64,000 nucleotides of DNA from Heptranchias perlo (GCF_035084215.1 NC_090348.1:43958001-44022000), one strand, 5' to 3'; counted from the stretch's first letter, positions 13,201-25,303 are shown. Notes: generated by a model from the sequence alone, not told the origin. A program made the numbers and translations.

Positions 13201-16200
13201 TAAGCAGTGTAGATGGGAGCATAAAATTATAAAGAGACATTGATTAAGTGAGTGGGCAAAACTATGGCAGATCCATTTCAACATAGGTAAGTGTGAGGTG
13301 TCATCCATTTTGGGCCAAAAAAGATAGATCCAAGTATTTTTTAAATGGTGCTTTTTTCTGTGCAAAAGATAAAATAAAAATGCCATTCCTGAAAATTAGA
13401 TTTGGCACTTGTAGCATTATATCCAGTGTAACTGTATCATTTGAAGTGCCTCGTGGAACATTTCTTTTACACTAAAGGTGCTTTATAAATGCAAGTTATT
13501 CTTGTAAAAATGGAATAAGTACATTGCTTGCCACTGTTGTTGTGGAGTGATAGAACATTAGCTCATGGAAGGTTATGTTGATAGGGTTAGATGAAGAGAG
13601 GTGGGAGCATAAATGTAGGTATAGACCGGTTGAGCCGAATGGTCTGTTTCTATGCCGTAGACTGTGTAATGTTCGTGCTTCCCCACATGGGGGCTGCCAA
13701 ACCTAACCAGAGGCCAAGAGTTGGAGCAAGACACAGCCTGATAGGCAGGGAAAATCAGCCAAGTCCCAACTAGTTGCTGTAACACCCCTTGTGATTACTT
13801 CTTGCCCACTTGGTGTTTGGGAATGGCACATGATATGGAGGAAAGGAAACTAACTTTAAACGATGGGTATTGCTTCTCAGGACACACAGTCTTTTATTTC
13901 AGTGGCTTTATATTTAAACATCTATTTAATCCTTAGAGGGTGAGAAATCCTCAAACATGGTTTCTTCTTTCCAGTGACTTCCATTTGGATTCACTTAGTG
14001 AAAGAATTGAAAGTATTGCATATTTGGTAATATTTTACCATAACCTCCCTTAAATTCTAACATATTTGAATTATACCAATCAGGGATTATTTTGTCTATT
14101 ATTGTAATACTTCAGAGTTTACAAATTAACGTCCAGTGAAAAGTGCAGACGATTAAACTGAAAGATGGCTTATTTACATAGACTATTGGATTAGGGAAGG
14201 AAACTTGCAATTTAGGACTGAAATTCGCAGACTGGAAAACTTATTATCTTAGCTTAAAAAATATATATTTTAATGCCAATTTTCCAGAAGATGACCATCC
14301 TAGATTATTTATGTTTAAAAGTGGAAAGTCCGGGAAGTTCCCAGCCAGTAGAATGTATTTCCAGGGCCCAGTGGCTCCCGATAGACTCCCAGGCCAATCT
14401 GAAGTGCAGGCCCCTATTGAAGTGATTCTGGCCTCTTCCCATAATGATGTCACTGGTGCAGATAAGCTGGGAAACAGCATTAAAATGGAGGTCTCTGAGC
14501 CATTAATTTAATATCTTGTTATTAAGGTATATATTTCTTTAACCTTTTTCAAACACAGGAGGATGTACGTTGAGCAGAAAGTATTCTTGTTAGGCTTCCC
14601 TTCCCCTTTAAGGATAACCTGGTTGTTTAGTACCCACAGTACTGTCTTCCCAACATGTGGATTTGAGCCCAAGGGCTTGTTGTGTTCAGATCTATTGGTT
14701 GCAGTTGGGATGAGTTATGTCCGTGGATGGAACACCTTTGTAATAGAATGTCCCACTTATGGTTGGTGACTGATCACAGCCATTAGTTTCAGAATGTCAC
14801 CGATTACTGTAAGAATCCTGAAACTAGTGGCGACTGGGCGAGGATTTAGGAGGTGGTGTTTTTATTTAACGTGTAGTGATCAACTAGAGGCAAGGCCTAT
14901 TGATTGGGTGGACAGAAAGAGATGAAGATAACCATTGTCCCACATTGCTTTCATTCAGTTTGACTGCACCAACACTCTGAATGACCAGTTACTGCAGAAG
15001 GTCACCGTACAGATGGAGCCTTCAGACGCCTATGATGTGGTTTGTTGTGTGGCAGCGCCAGCCCTTCACTTCAACCAGCCCGGCTCCTGTTATACGCTGG
15101 TGCTGCTGCCCGAGGACGATCCCACAGCAGGTAAACATTGCCTGTGAAAAATATAGGTCTGGGATTGGATAAATGAAGATAAATCTTACATATCCGGATT
15201 GTTTTATGGTGGGGGGGGGGGGTGGGGAAGAGAAGAACCTTTACTTTTCGGCACTCGGTCAGCATAAGCACTCACAGGCCTTCTAGTACAGGATTGGATA
15301 GGTGCAGGGGGAAGGCTCCCTCCACACTTTGCTGACAATGCACCATAATCCTACACCTGTCAATGCCACCACAGTCATTTCTATGGCCGCTTAATGAGAT
15401 TGTCAATTAGTGCCAGGTCACCGGCAGTTTTATGCTGTGCCCTCACTTGCTGCCCACCAAGTTAAAGCTGCCTCAAATCGTTTTTCCTTCAAACTCTCAA
15501 CAGCCAACTTAGCGAAGAGACTTTCACCCCTCCAATCTCAGTTGGATTCAGACCCAGGTCCTGACATTGAAAGCTAACCCAGTTAGGTATTTGTGCCAAT
15601 CAATCTGCTACAGTCTCTCTTCTGAAGTCTTATGTGTTTGTGGTTATTCCTTAGTTTCCTGCACGTTTAGTTGTACAATGAAATTTGTAGTGAAAGACTG
15701 TGATCCCAACACTGGACTGCCAGAAGCTGAGGGCTATGATGATGAGTACGTGGTAAGTAGCTATGGTTCACGGTTATTGATATGTTTTAGGACTGGAAGG
15801 GATTTTTTTTTTTAACACACAGAAATATAATCCCCCTTAGGGAGCATGGCAAACTGTGAGGTAGAATGGAGGAGATTACAGAAGGACATGCCAGAGCAGA
15901 AGAATGTGAGCTACCAGTTGGCTTCTGGTGCCTCGGGTAAATGGCCACCCTATATACGTGGCCCTAGAGAGTGGGTATTTGTAGCCTATTTGATCCCGGG
16001 GAGCACGACAGCTAAGCCTGATCCAAATCTCACCCAACGTTCACATACTGACACTTTCCAGGAGAGGCAACTGGGCAGCAATCAGGAACGGGAACCCTTG
16101 CTAATTTTTTGACTCTTATCCCAGGATTGAGGAGCCCAATTGTAGTATCCCAAACTGTTGTCTCAGCTGAGATCAGCCAACTCAGGACAAATCAGGAATC

Positions 16201-19200
16201 AAAACTGGGACTGTTTGGTTCAGCCACTTACTGCCTTCAACATCTAATCTATTGGGGGAGCTTTACTCTTCAAGTTGATGTGAATTTGAGACATAATTCC
16301 AGTGTGGATCAAGTGCACAGTGCAGTGATTGTGCATTTCTCATTACAGTTTCCTCTGGCGATGCTTAGCACACAATAATGACTTAAAGTTCAAGGGCTAT
16401 AGTGTTAAAGGTTTTAATTTCAGCCAAATCCAATTGTAAGAAGGCTCACAAGAAAATACTCAACTACCTCTCTTCGTCAGAATGCTTGCTGTCATCACCA
16501 AATATTCTCTTTCCTTAGGCACTATTTTCTCTCTTTCCCCTTTCTCCCCCGCCCCCCCCCCCCCACATTTCAAAGCCGTTATCATCATTCCCCTTCTTAA
16601 AAAGCTCACTCTCAACCTCTCTATCTGTACTGACTATCTGTCCAGCTCTAACCACCCCTTCCAATTGAAGATTCTTGAATGCATTATCGCCATCCACATG
16701 CTGGCAGCTTTTTCTCACCATTTCCCGTTAGACTCCTTCAAATCTGGTTTCTACCTCACCCAATACACAGATCATTCTGGTTTAAAATCACTAACAATAC
16801 CCTCCATGATGGACACTGATGCAAGTTATCCCTCCATATCCTCTTCACAACCTCCAACATGATCATCCATTCCACCCTCCACCACCTCTCCTCTGCAGCA
16901 CCATCCCCTCTAATACTTTCATTGCTGTCTGTCCCAATATAGCCAGTCCTTAGAATCTCTTATAATGTTTTAACCTCCAGCATGTCCAAGGTTCCACCCT
17001 TGGCCCCCTTCTTTTAGTAATCTATGTGGCACCTTTTGACAACATTATTGTAAGTGTCAGGTCAGCTTATACGTGTATACTGATTACACCCATCTTTACC
17101 TGTCTGCCACCATCCAAAACTGCTGCTTTCCTTTTTGACATTAAATTGTGGATGAGCCAGAACTTTCTCCAGCTCAACATTGGCAAGACCAAAGCCAGCT
17201 TGTTCGGTTCCTGCCAGACACACTCTGCACCTTGGACCACGATTCAGCCCTCTTCCCATCTGCTTGTTCAGGCGGAACCCAACTTCAGTGTCCTGTTTCA
17301 CAGTGAAATCTGAGTTTAGCTTCAAATCCTACACCTAATTCATCAGTGCTACCCTTCACCTATGCCCATGACATCAGTCGCCTCCATCCTTACCTTACCT
17401 TTATCACTGAAACCCTCATCCACTTCTTTATCCTCTCCAGAGTCATCGTCTCCAATATCTTCCTCACTGGTCGCCCCAATTGCACTCATTCAGAACTCCA
17501 CAGACTCTTTAATCGTCATGCCCAGAGCTCTGGAATTTCCTTGCCAAACTCATCTGTCTTGCCACATCTGTGCCCACCTTCAAAAGACAAATAAGAAACC
17601 TAACTTTCCTGCCACAGCTTCACTCATCTCCCCGCAACTCTTCTTCTCTTCTCCCCCTCCCCGTCCCCCCCCCCCCCAACTCATACTTGTTTATATAGCA
17701 CCTTTAACTTAGCAACAGGTCCCAATGCCCACCCCACCCCGTGAAGTGCATCAGGACCTGTTGCTAAGTTAAAGGTGCTATATAAAAGCAAGTTGTGATG
17801 TACAGTAGGTTGTGAAGTGAATTGAGGCTTTAATAGCCCGAGTGAATTCAAAATAGAAGCTATTATTGAGATCGGTTGAGCAGTAGACTATCATGAGACT
17901 AATTTATTTATTTTCCTTCTCTGTCTATAGTTAGAAGACCTGGAGGTGACTGTTTCTGATCACATACAGAAGGTCCTGAAGCCTAACTTTACGGCTGCTT
18001 GGGATGAAGTAGGAGATGAGTTTCAGAAAGAGGAGACATTTGCGCTCTCTTCTGTGAAGACGTTGGACGGTACGTGTGTGCATTGGAAGTTGATCCTTAC
18101 TGTTGTGTTTTTTTTTTAAAACCTCCTTGCCGATTTCTCTGCTCACCTGGAGGTGTTGATTTGTCCCACACTAAGATACTGCCCCACACGTACCAGTTGC
18201 GCTCTGGTACCTCGCTCGTGTGTGAGCCTCGGTAGTAATTTCCGCAGGCTATCCGACCAAGAGCTCACTGCAGCTGAGGCCAATCCTACCCCCACACGAG
18301 GGGTAGTTGGGCAGGAGGCCTCGCTGATTTATTTCTTCCCCCTTTTCCGAGCCCAGGGGTGCTTAAGCCCAATTGCCACCCTAGCTAAGGTCAGCTAACT
18401 TAACATAGACTGAGGATTAAACCTGGGACTTGTGTATATGGTGCTGCTCCACACGGGGCAGTGCCTTAAATCAATGATCCAGCCATCGTGTGGGGGGTGG
18501 GAAGCGTCTGCCATTCTATTTAATATCTAGTGATGGTGAATTTAACTCTACATCTGTGCTGCAATTAAGTATCCTGTTTTTGGTCTAATTGTTGAACTCT
18601 TTGTGAGAGAATTGAACAGGTTTCTGGTTTAGCTGAGTAGTTGGATACAAATTGAGATGATTCATTGTTGCTTTGGTTCCAAGAGGATCTAGTTGATGGA
18701 TGGATTGAATAACCTTTCACATTCCTAAATTTAGATGTTTTTAGATATTGACTGTGCTACTGTTAATGTTGCTTTTTGGGGAACAAAACGCTGCACCCCA
18801 CAGAAAGTTGTATCCCCCACCCTCCCCGAAATCCATGGAGCATCAGATTAATCTGCTTAATACGGTTTGTTTCCAGCATAGCATCTTCAGTGTTTAGGAG
18901 AAAATAGGAACTTACGGTTATACATGGAATCCTGTGTGAGAAACAAGTTAAAATGGGTGTCGTGGTTAGGTAGGAAATCAAGTCAAAGGACATGGATAAG
19001 CCTGGTGTAAGAGTTGGTCAATATTCTATACAACAAATGCCTGCAATTTCTGCGGGAGATTTGTGGGAGCATCCCTGGATAAATGCGATCTTCCACCAAA
19101 GTTACGGTGGGTGATTGGGATCACCCCACAGAAATTCTTCCCCACAGTGTCTTAAGAGGAAGAAGGGCAAGGAACCCAAGAGCCAACTCATTGCCTGAAC

Positions 19201-21677
19201 AGTCACAAAGTGACATTAGTGCATTAGGGAAACTAGGCTAACGGGCAGAACAAAATAGTCACATCAATAATGTGCTCTGTTAAATTTAAACTTTAAATTC
19301 ACCTATATAACTTTTAAATCCTAGCACAACATTGATAAAGTTCAGATGGCACCCAGTCGATTTAACATTAAGGATAGAAAGAAAGCAAAAAATAAATGTG
19401 AATGAAGTACTGATGAAGTGTAGGATTGACCTGAGAGGACAGATGGGGCCTCAGTTTAACATCTCATCCAACAAGTTCCAGTTTAATGTCTCATCTGATG
19501 AGCGTGGGGGGCATTGCTGGCGCCATTGGGTTTGATTTAGCTTTTTCCCAATGCCTCAGTTCGGAACATTGCTGCTATATAACTACTTATCCACTTGTTT
19601 CCTTTTGCTGCAGAGGCTGTGAATAATATAATTAGTTTCCTTGGTATGCAGCCGTGCGAGAGATCGGACAAGGTACCAGAGAATAAAAACGCCCACACGC
19701 TCTACCTAGCAGGTAAGTTCCTTCAATACCTATAGGGAGAGTTGAGCACATATTACATAATAACTGTTGTAGTAATTGGATAGTCTGAGAGACTGTGTTA
19801 TAAAACATTGCCCTTGGCAATGTAACTAGAGTAAAACTGCATTCCAGCTGCAAACTATCTTTCTATTTGGCTGGGTAACTAAATTTAAACAATATTTTGC
19901 ATTCATATAGTGCTTTTGATGTAGAAAACATCCTAAGGCACTTCGCAAAAGCATAATCAGTCAAAAATGCACACCAACCCAAAGGAGGCGATATTAGGGG
20001 GGTTGACTGAAAGCTTGGTCAGAGGGGGGTTTTAAGCAGAGCCTTAAAGGAAGGAGAGGTTTAGGGAGGAAATTCCAGAGCTTAGGGCCAAGACAGCTAA
20101 AGACAAAACCGCAAATGTAGGGTGAAGGGAGAGACCAGAGTTGGAGGAACACAGATCTCTCAAGTGTGTAGGGCTCAAGGAGATTACAGAGATAGGGACG
20201 GGTGAGGCCAAGAAGGGATTTAATCAAACTAATGGGAATTTTAAATTTGAGGCGTTGGAGGAGCAGGAGCCAACGTAAGTCAGCAAGAACAAGGGTGATG
20301 GGTGAGTGGAACTTGGTGCGGATTAGGATACTGGCAGCACAGTTTTGGTTGAGGTGAAGTTTATGGAAGGTAGAGGATGGTGGCCGACCAGGAGAGCATT
20401 GGAATAATCGATTCTGGAGGTGACAAAACACAGATGAGGGTTTTAGCAGAAAATGGGCTGAGGCAGAAGAGAGTGGAACAACTAAAATTTAAAGCACAAA
20501 CTGGAATTCCTTACCTCTCAATCTCTCTTTCCTCCTACAATATTTTAATACCCAACCTTGGCATCACATGATTTATCTCCTCTTTTGCTTCACTCTTTCC
20601 AGCCTGGATAGTGTGCTGTCCAAGGTTTCCCGATTTAAAAAGTTCATTGGTGAACAGTATATTCCTAAATCTACTCTTATTTCATAAGTCACAGACTGTA
20701 CATGGCAAAGAGCTATTTTCCTAAAGCCGTTGTACAGCAGAAAACCCATTATCCACATTCCAATTAGCTGCCTTGGTGATTATGTGTTAGAATTTTAGTG
20801 AGTCTGCTGACACCAATCTCCTCCTCTTTGACATAATCAACTTTGCAGCTTAGGAAAGATTAAATTGAATTTATTTGTATTGTTTTTGTCTTTGTTCCCG
20901 TGCATTGGTTTTTGCTATACTATACACCCAAGATCTGTTGAATATCCACTATCCATGAAGGCCGAGTCCCTTCCACCCTCCAGATAGGAGAAAAATGAGC
21001 CGTGCATATTTGCAACTGCTTCCTGCTTTTTCTTTTTGTTAATGTATCCCCAAAGGGAAACCACAGAAACTTTCTTACCTGATTTCCACTGATTTAACCT
21101 GCAATCATAATGGTCCTGCAGTGGGAAATGGAGATTATACATATCAGCTGGTACTTAAAATGAATGGCATGGCCCCTAGCATCTGCAGGAGAAGGAGACT
21201 GCCTGACCTACCTCATTGATGTCTGTGCTCATATTGCAGGCTAATTATGCAGAAAATGGTCTGCCAAAGCAAGGACCAGAGTTTTCATGTAGGTGTGGGG
21301 AAAGGATTTATTTTTCTGTTTACAGAATTGGTGTTTTTTGTGCACCTTATTCACAGGATGCTGCCATATCTTTCTGGTTCTTTGGAGTGTGTTTTTTTTT
21401 CTAGTTCTCCTTCTATCGAAACTGGAATAGGCCACCCACAGGCCTTGACCACTTTACCCTTGCATTGTCTCTCTCGTTAATTTGACTGGTTTTAAAAAAA
21501 AAAAATTTGGAAAACCAATCATTTCTTTGTGTCCGTCTTATTTCAGGTGTTTTCAGAGGCGGCTATGACGTTCTTGTACGTGCCAGACTAGCAATGGCAG
21601 ACGGTGTGACAATGCAAGTGACTGTCCGAAGTGAGGCAGAGACAGCCGTTGATGTCATCCTGGTTTCCGTTGGTTAA
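1104..21677 (+). CDS. COPG2: Coatomer subunit gamma-2, 3' part (16 coding exons; 5' exons lie upstream of the window)
   Basis: Spliced exons translate to gamma-COP ([18 protein letters not shown] ... [43 protein letters not shown]). The C-terminus resembles COPG2 more than COPG1, and the gene is tail-to-tail with MEST. Confidence 0.95.
2560..2693 (+). CDS. COPG2: COPG2 coding exon (134 bp)
   Basis: cag|G...G|gtaagc; [44 protein letters not shown]. Confidence 0.93.
3063..3795 (+). mobile_element. LINE 3' fragment, family 'Y' (clade not assigned)
   Basis: [17 protein letters not shown]...EYSPLAW (post-RT region); tail ctcaagggcagttaggaatgggcaataaatgctggcc. Confidence 0.85.
3933..4255 (-). mobile_element. 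CR1 3' fragment
   Basis: Same 3' UTR/tail as the copies at 24212-24572, 34756-34912 and 44265-44495. Confidence 0.8.
4776..4843 (+). CDS. COPG2: COPG2 coding exon (68 bp)
   Basis: cag|TG...AAA|gtaagt; [22 protein letters not shown]. Confidence 0.93.
6000..6188 (+). CDS. COPG2: COPG2 coding exon (189 bp)
   Basis: aag|GTT...AAG|gtcaaa; [63 protein letters not shown]. Confidence 0.93.
7327..7422 (+). CDS. COPG2: COPG2 coding exon (96 bp)
   Basis: tag|GTG...GAG|gtgagc; [32 protein letters not shown]. Confidence 0.93.
7644..7887 (+). CDS. COPG2: COPG2 coding exon (244 bp)
   Basis: tag|GGT...G|gtatgt; [40 protein letters not shown]...VLENEAVRA. Confidence 0.93.
8602..8828. mobile_element. Penelope-like inverted pseudo-LTR remnant (palindrome) with hammerhead motif
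   Basis: Perfect 90-bp arms 8639-8728/8739-8828; 12-bp TSD atgaagaagata (8590-8601, 8829-8840); CTGAGGA...GAAA core. Confidence 0.8.
8987..9062 (+). CDS. COPG2: COPG2 coding exon (76 bp)
   Basis: cag|CT...AG|gtgaga; [24 protein letters not shown]. Confidence 0.93.
9830..10465 (-). mobile_element. 5'-truncated CR1, same subfamily as 57149-61977
   Basis: Near-identical to 57150-57785; ORF 9938-10480 is the ORF2 C-terminus. Confidence 0.92.
10612..10715 (+). CDS. COPG2: COPG2 coding exon (104 bp)
   Basis: cag|G...G|gtgagt; [34 protein letters not shown]. Confidence 0.93.
11095..11423. mobile_element. hAT-type MITE
   Basis: TIR gttgccaactct/agagttggcaac; 8-bp TSD ctgcacgc (11087-11094, 11424-11431). 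Confidence 0.85.
11751..11876 (+). CDS. COPG2: COPG2 coding exon (126 bp)
   Basis: cag|GT...G|gtagga; [41 protein letters not shown]. Confidence 0.92.
12313..12378 (+). CDS. COPG2: COPG2 coding exon (66 bp, linker)
   Basis: cag|AA...G|gtaaaa; [21 protein letters not shown]; phase 1-1 fits both neighbours. Confidence 0.88.
12793..12932 (+). CDS. COPG2: COPG2 coding exon (140 bp)
   Basis: cag|AA...CAG|gtaatt; [46 protein letters not shown]. Confidence 0.93.
12965..13350 (+). mobile_element. Degraded CR1 RT fragment
   Basis: [11 protein letters not shown]...KFADDTK. Confidence 0.85.
14959..15130 (+). CDS. COPG2: COPG2 coding exon (172 bp)
   Basis: cag|TTT...G|gtaaac; [28 protein letters not shown]...PEDDPTA. 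Confidence 0.93.
15240..15590 (-). mobile_element. Diverged tRNA-derived SINE, possibly LF-SINE-like
   Basis: B-box-like gggtctgaatcc on the - strand; 3' part resembles LF-SINE as recalled. Confidence 0.35.
15655..15752 (+). CDS. COPG2: COPG2 coding exon (98 bp)
   Basis: tag|TT...GTG|gtaagt; [32 protein letters not shown]. Confidence 0.93.
16480..17630 (+). mobile_element. Degraded L2-type LINE
   Basis: [22 protein letters not shown] and [14 protein letters not shown] remnants. Confidence 0.75.
17690..17786. repeat. Perfect 33-bp inverted repeat with 31-nt spacer
   Basis: tttatatagcacctttaacttagcaacaggtcc (17690-17722) / exact reverse complement (17754-17786). Confidence 0.9.
17931..18069 (+). 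CDS. COPG2: COPG2 coding exon (139 bp)
   Basis: tag|TTA...G|gtacgt; [46 protein letters not shown]. Confidence 0.93.
19614..19712 (+). CDS. COPG2: COPG2 coding exon (99 bp)
   Basis: cag|AG...G|gtaagt; [32 protein letters not shown]. Confidence 0.93.
19890..20470 (-). mobile_element. L2-type LINE 3' fragment
   Basis: [27 protein letters not shown]...RLKFKI (L2 ORF2 C-terminus). Confidence 0.78.
21547..21677 (+). CDS. COPG2: COPG2 last coding exon with TAA stop
   Basis: cag|GT GTT TTC AGA GGC...GTT GGT TAA. Confidence 0.94.
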
Positions 21678-22387
21678 ACTCGCATTGGTGTAACTCACTT
21701 CGGTTTTCCCGTCAAGAAGTTACGTACATTTTAAACTACTTGCCCACTAACAGGGACAGATTTCGGTAAGAAATTTAAAAAGACCCATTTATTTGTAAAC
21801 TGGTGTCCAACTTTAGGATTTCTTCTTTTGTATGACATTGCACAAGAGGGTTCGCTTCACAACAGTCGGGGGCTGTCGTGCTGAGCTGTTGGCAATGCTT
21901 GATCAGCCCCAGTTGGCAGAGCAAAATACAAATGCAAAATTCCCAATGGCTGAACCAACCCTGAAGAGCAATGCGTCAAGATGAAGACTTTTTTTGGGCC
22001 CTTCCAATTTTTGTCACTCAGTTTATAAGTATCTGGATTTAAAGATCTGAAGGTGTTTTCCCTGAACCGTACATTTACAATGTTGACCTTTCTTTTCCAA
22101 GTCGTGGGATTCGTATGTTTCTATCACTTGCATATTTTTACTTATTGCAATAAAGGGTAAGAAGCCAGTAACTTGAAACGTACAGTGTTTTTCTTGGTCT
22201 GTCTGGATTACCACCAGTGCGATGTTGCTTCATTGACAGTTAATGCTCAGATTAAAGACTGAACATTCCTACATTTTGTGAGACTAACTCATGTTTACAG
22301 TTTGTGTGTCAAGTGTTAAGCCATGAGACAGAGGATAAAACTGTCCATGTAATTAAAAAGAAAACATGCATTTTTTGTGAAACTACC

Positions 22388-22393
22388 TTTATT
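22388..22393 (-). terminator. Candidate distal MEST poly(A) signal (TTTATT on +)
   Basis: AATAAA on the - strand, followed on that strand by a U-rich tract (gttttctttttaa). Confidence 0.5.
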
Positions 22394-22400
22394 TACATAA

Positions 22401-22406
22401 AATAAA
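22401..22406 (+). terminator. Candidate COPG2 poly(A) signal AATAAA (a second candidate lies at 22149-22154)
   Basis: AATAAA about 720 nt after the stop, followed by a U/GU-rich tract (tttgcatttgcttatttgtatg). Confidence 0.6.
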
Positions 22407-24211
22407 GATGAACTATGATCTTTGCATTTGCTTATTTGTATGAAGTGTACAAAATTTCTGCAAAACCAGTTTAATTATAATACTCATTGGAAACTTTTTT
22501 TTGTTCGACTTGAATACTCTTGCAATGGACCTGTGCCTAGTAGGAACACCATCATTTGTGCTTTTGCAATGTCCAGTAACCATCTACACATCACCTTAAC
22601 AGAATGTGGTGCATGTGAAGTGTCAGTGCAGTACAGCAACCTGTTGACTTGTAAAATTAACCAGCAATGTGCAGAACTGCAAAATCTTTCACCATTGTAG
22701 GGCAAGAGCTGAATCATCCTAATTCTTATATAAATTAGCAGTACGGCTTAATAGATCTTTGCATACTAGAGTTTTTTGATCAAATGGATGCTTTATTTCC
22801 CCTCCTTAAACCTCAGTAAAGGGCCAAGATCTATTGTGCAGAACACTTACCCAAGCTGAAAATAGTAGAAAAGAGATCATTTAGTTTAGGTGACACAAAG
22901 CTTATGTTTTAAGAGACTCTCGGAGGAAGGGAGATTGATGGAGTTAAGGAATTCTCAGTTTTGAGTTCCTCAAAATGAGTGAGGAGACTTTGTGTCAATT
23001 TCAACTCGGCAAGGAAGCGCGTATAGATGGTATATTTAGAGCTTAGAAGGAAGAAGACAGGAGAGTTCAGAGATGTAATGACAGTGATTTTGATAAGAGG
23101 TTGGAGGCTAAAGAGTGCTTTAGGTGAGCTTTTTTCAGGAATGTGACAAGTGCTAGGTGTCCCAGATATGGAAGCAGTATGCAAGTCGTGGACTTTGGCA
23201 TTAGAGGTTCTATGGGTTTAGCTGACAGTATGCAGCAGGTCTTATTTAAATGGTACTGTCACTTAAATGATTGCTATAGAAATATTTTAAGAGACTCTTA
23301 CATCAAATAATAATAAGAGCTGGTGCCATTAACTGTTGCTGATTCATCCCCACTGTGTATTTTCTAAATGTACAACTATCTCAACTATTACTGTTAGGAT
23401 TAGACATGGACACGCAGCTTGGTTGACATCTGAAAGATTAACATTTTAGGTGGGATTCTTTCATCATGCTGAAGGTTCTGCAGCTGAAACATTAATCTAT
23501 CTTTCTAGTTTAGAGACTGACTAATCGGCTCTGCATTTTGAGAATTCCAATCTTTTTATCCCAATTATTGTTACTTGATTTGCAATTATGAAGACAATAA
23601 GCAAGACAAGGAATGATCTTAAGCCAGTGTGTACCAAACTACAATGTACAAGTAAGAGTTAGACTTTGGTCACAATTAGTCAATAGGAATTTTTTCTTGT
23701 ACACGGAAAACTTAATTGTTGTGGGCACCAGTGTAGATATTTGTAACTCAGTAACAAGAGTGCACAAACTTTTTTTTTACATTCACTGCCCAGAAAAGTG
23801 AATTCAAATCTGAGTTTTTAAACTGCAAAGCGAAGAGTCTGAATTATGGTGGGTTCCATATAGAATATAAGATTTATAACTCACTGATTCTCCTTTATTA
23901 CTTCAACTATGAACTAAAGGAACAAATTATAACTGTTGGAAAGCATGTAAAACTTGGGGGAAGATTTCACAAATTGGTTCTCTTGGCACAGAGCTTCACT
24001 CAACAAGATTGCATGAAATGAATGACTGGACAATGATGCAGGATGTACTGACCTCTGCACCCAAATTCCCAGTATGCATTCCTGTCCCACAAAGCTTTGT
24101 GCTGGAAGCACAGTTTCATAAAATTTGACCTTGCCAGGCCTGCAGAGGTAGGTGTTACTAGGTAACCAGCCTCATCGTGCTGAACATCGGTCAAAACATC
24201 AAAGTTACTTT

Positions 24212-24572
24212 ACATAGAATTTACAGCACAGAAACAGGCCATTTAGCCCAACTGGTCCTCCTCCCAACCCTACTTCATCTAACTCTGAGTATATCCTTCT
24301 ATTACTTTCTCCCTCGTGTTTATCTAGCTTCCTCTTAAATGCATCTATGCTATTTGCCTCAACTACTCCTTGTGGTAGCAAGTTTCACATTCAAACCAGT
24401 CTATGGGTAAAGAAGTTTCTCCTGAATTCTTTATTGAATTTATTAGTGACTGTCTTATATTTATAGCCTCAAGTGTTGGACTTCTCCCCACAAGTGGAAA
24501 CATCTTCCCTACGTCTACCCTATCAAACCTCTTGATAATTTTTAAGACCTCTATCTGATCACCCCTCAGCCT
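24212..24572 (-). mobile_element. CR1 3' fragment between the MEST and COPG2 stops
   Basis: Similar to 3933-4255. Confidence 0.8.
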
Positions 24573-25185
24573 TTATTACAGGATGCAGAAACAGATTGCA
24601 GAGAGGCAGTTAGTTCTAAAAAAAAACTGACTCACTCACCAAATGAGTGGGGTTTCATTGTGTGCCTCCCCCAAACATTTGACTAAGAAAAATTTATAAT
24701 CTTGATATTGGAAATGTTCTACTCCTCAGTCACAACAAGGTTTGCCCCATGAATTAATTGTAAAAGGAGCTATTTACACTTGGTCATGAGTGCAACTGAT
24801 GGACATTACACACAGTTACCCCCACAATGATTTATCACTCAATTTAGGCAGTGAAACATTCACACTCATACAACAGAAAGACTAAATAGCACAGCTGGAA
24901 ATTCACAGCAGGTCAACCAGCTTATGAAGGTTAACACCTTGGGTGTGGTGACCCTTGACCTCTGATGAAGGTGCCACCCAAAGCATTGACCCATCTTTCC
25001 CTTTCGTATGCTGATTGATTTGCTGTGCATCTCCCAAGATTTTGTGATTTTTTTTTTTCCTTTTAGCCTAGACTAAATATCGTTTGGTACCAGAATTCCC
25101 ATAATGCAAAAGCAATCGATGAACTTTTACTTGTCCAGAGTGGTCACGGTCCAGTGCTGTAACTGACGGTGCATCAGCTCCATGT

Positions 25186-25303
25186 TCAGAAGGAGTTGAT
25201 AAAGTTAGTGTAGGCTTGTTCGAAGCCCAAAGGGTCCTCAAGCTGCGGGTAATGGCTGACGTGATCATCGAGAACCGCGACTGTTGACTTCGGTACCAAC
25301 CTC
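25186..25303 (-). CDS. MEST: MEST last coding exon with TGA stop
   Basis: [38 protein letters not shown]. Confidence 0.94.

Noticed and set aside
21240-21292. Possible extra cassette exon in the last COPG2 intron
   Set aside because: Weak splice sites, no gamma-COP similarity, and the flanking exons already join in frame.
1104-21677. Assignment as COPG1
   Set aside because: The C-terminal sequence and tail-to-tail linkage with MEST favour COPG2.
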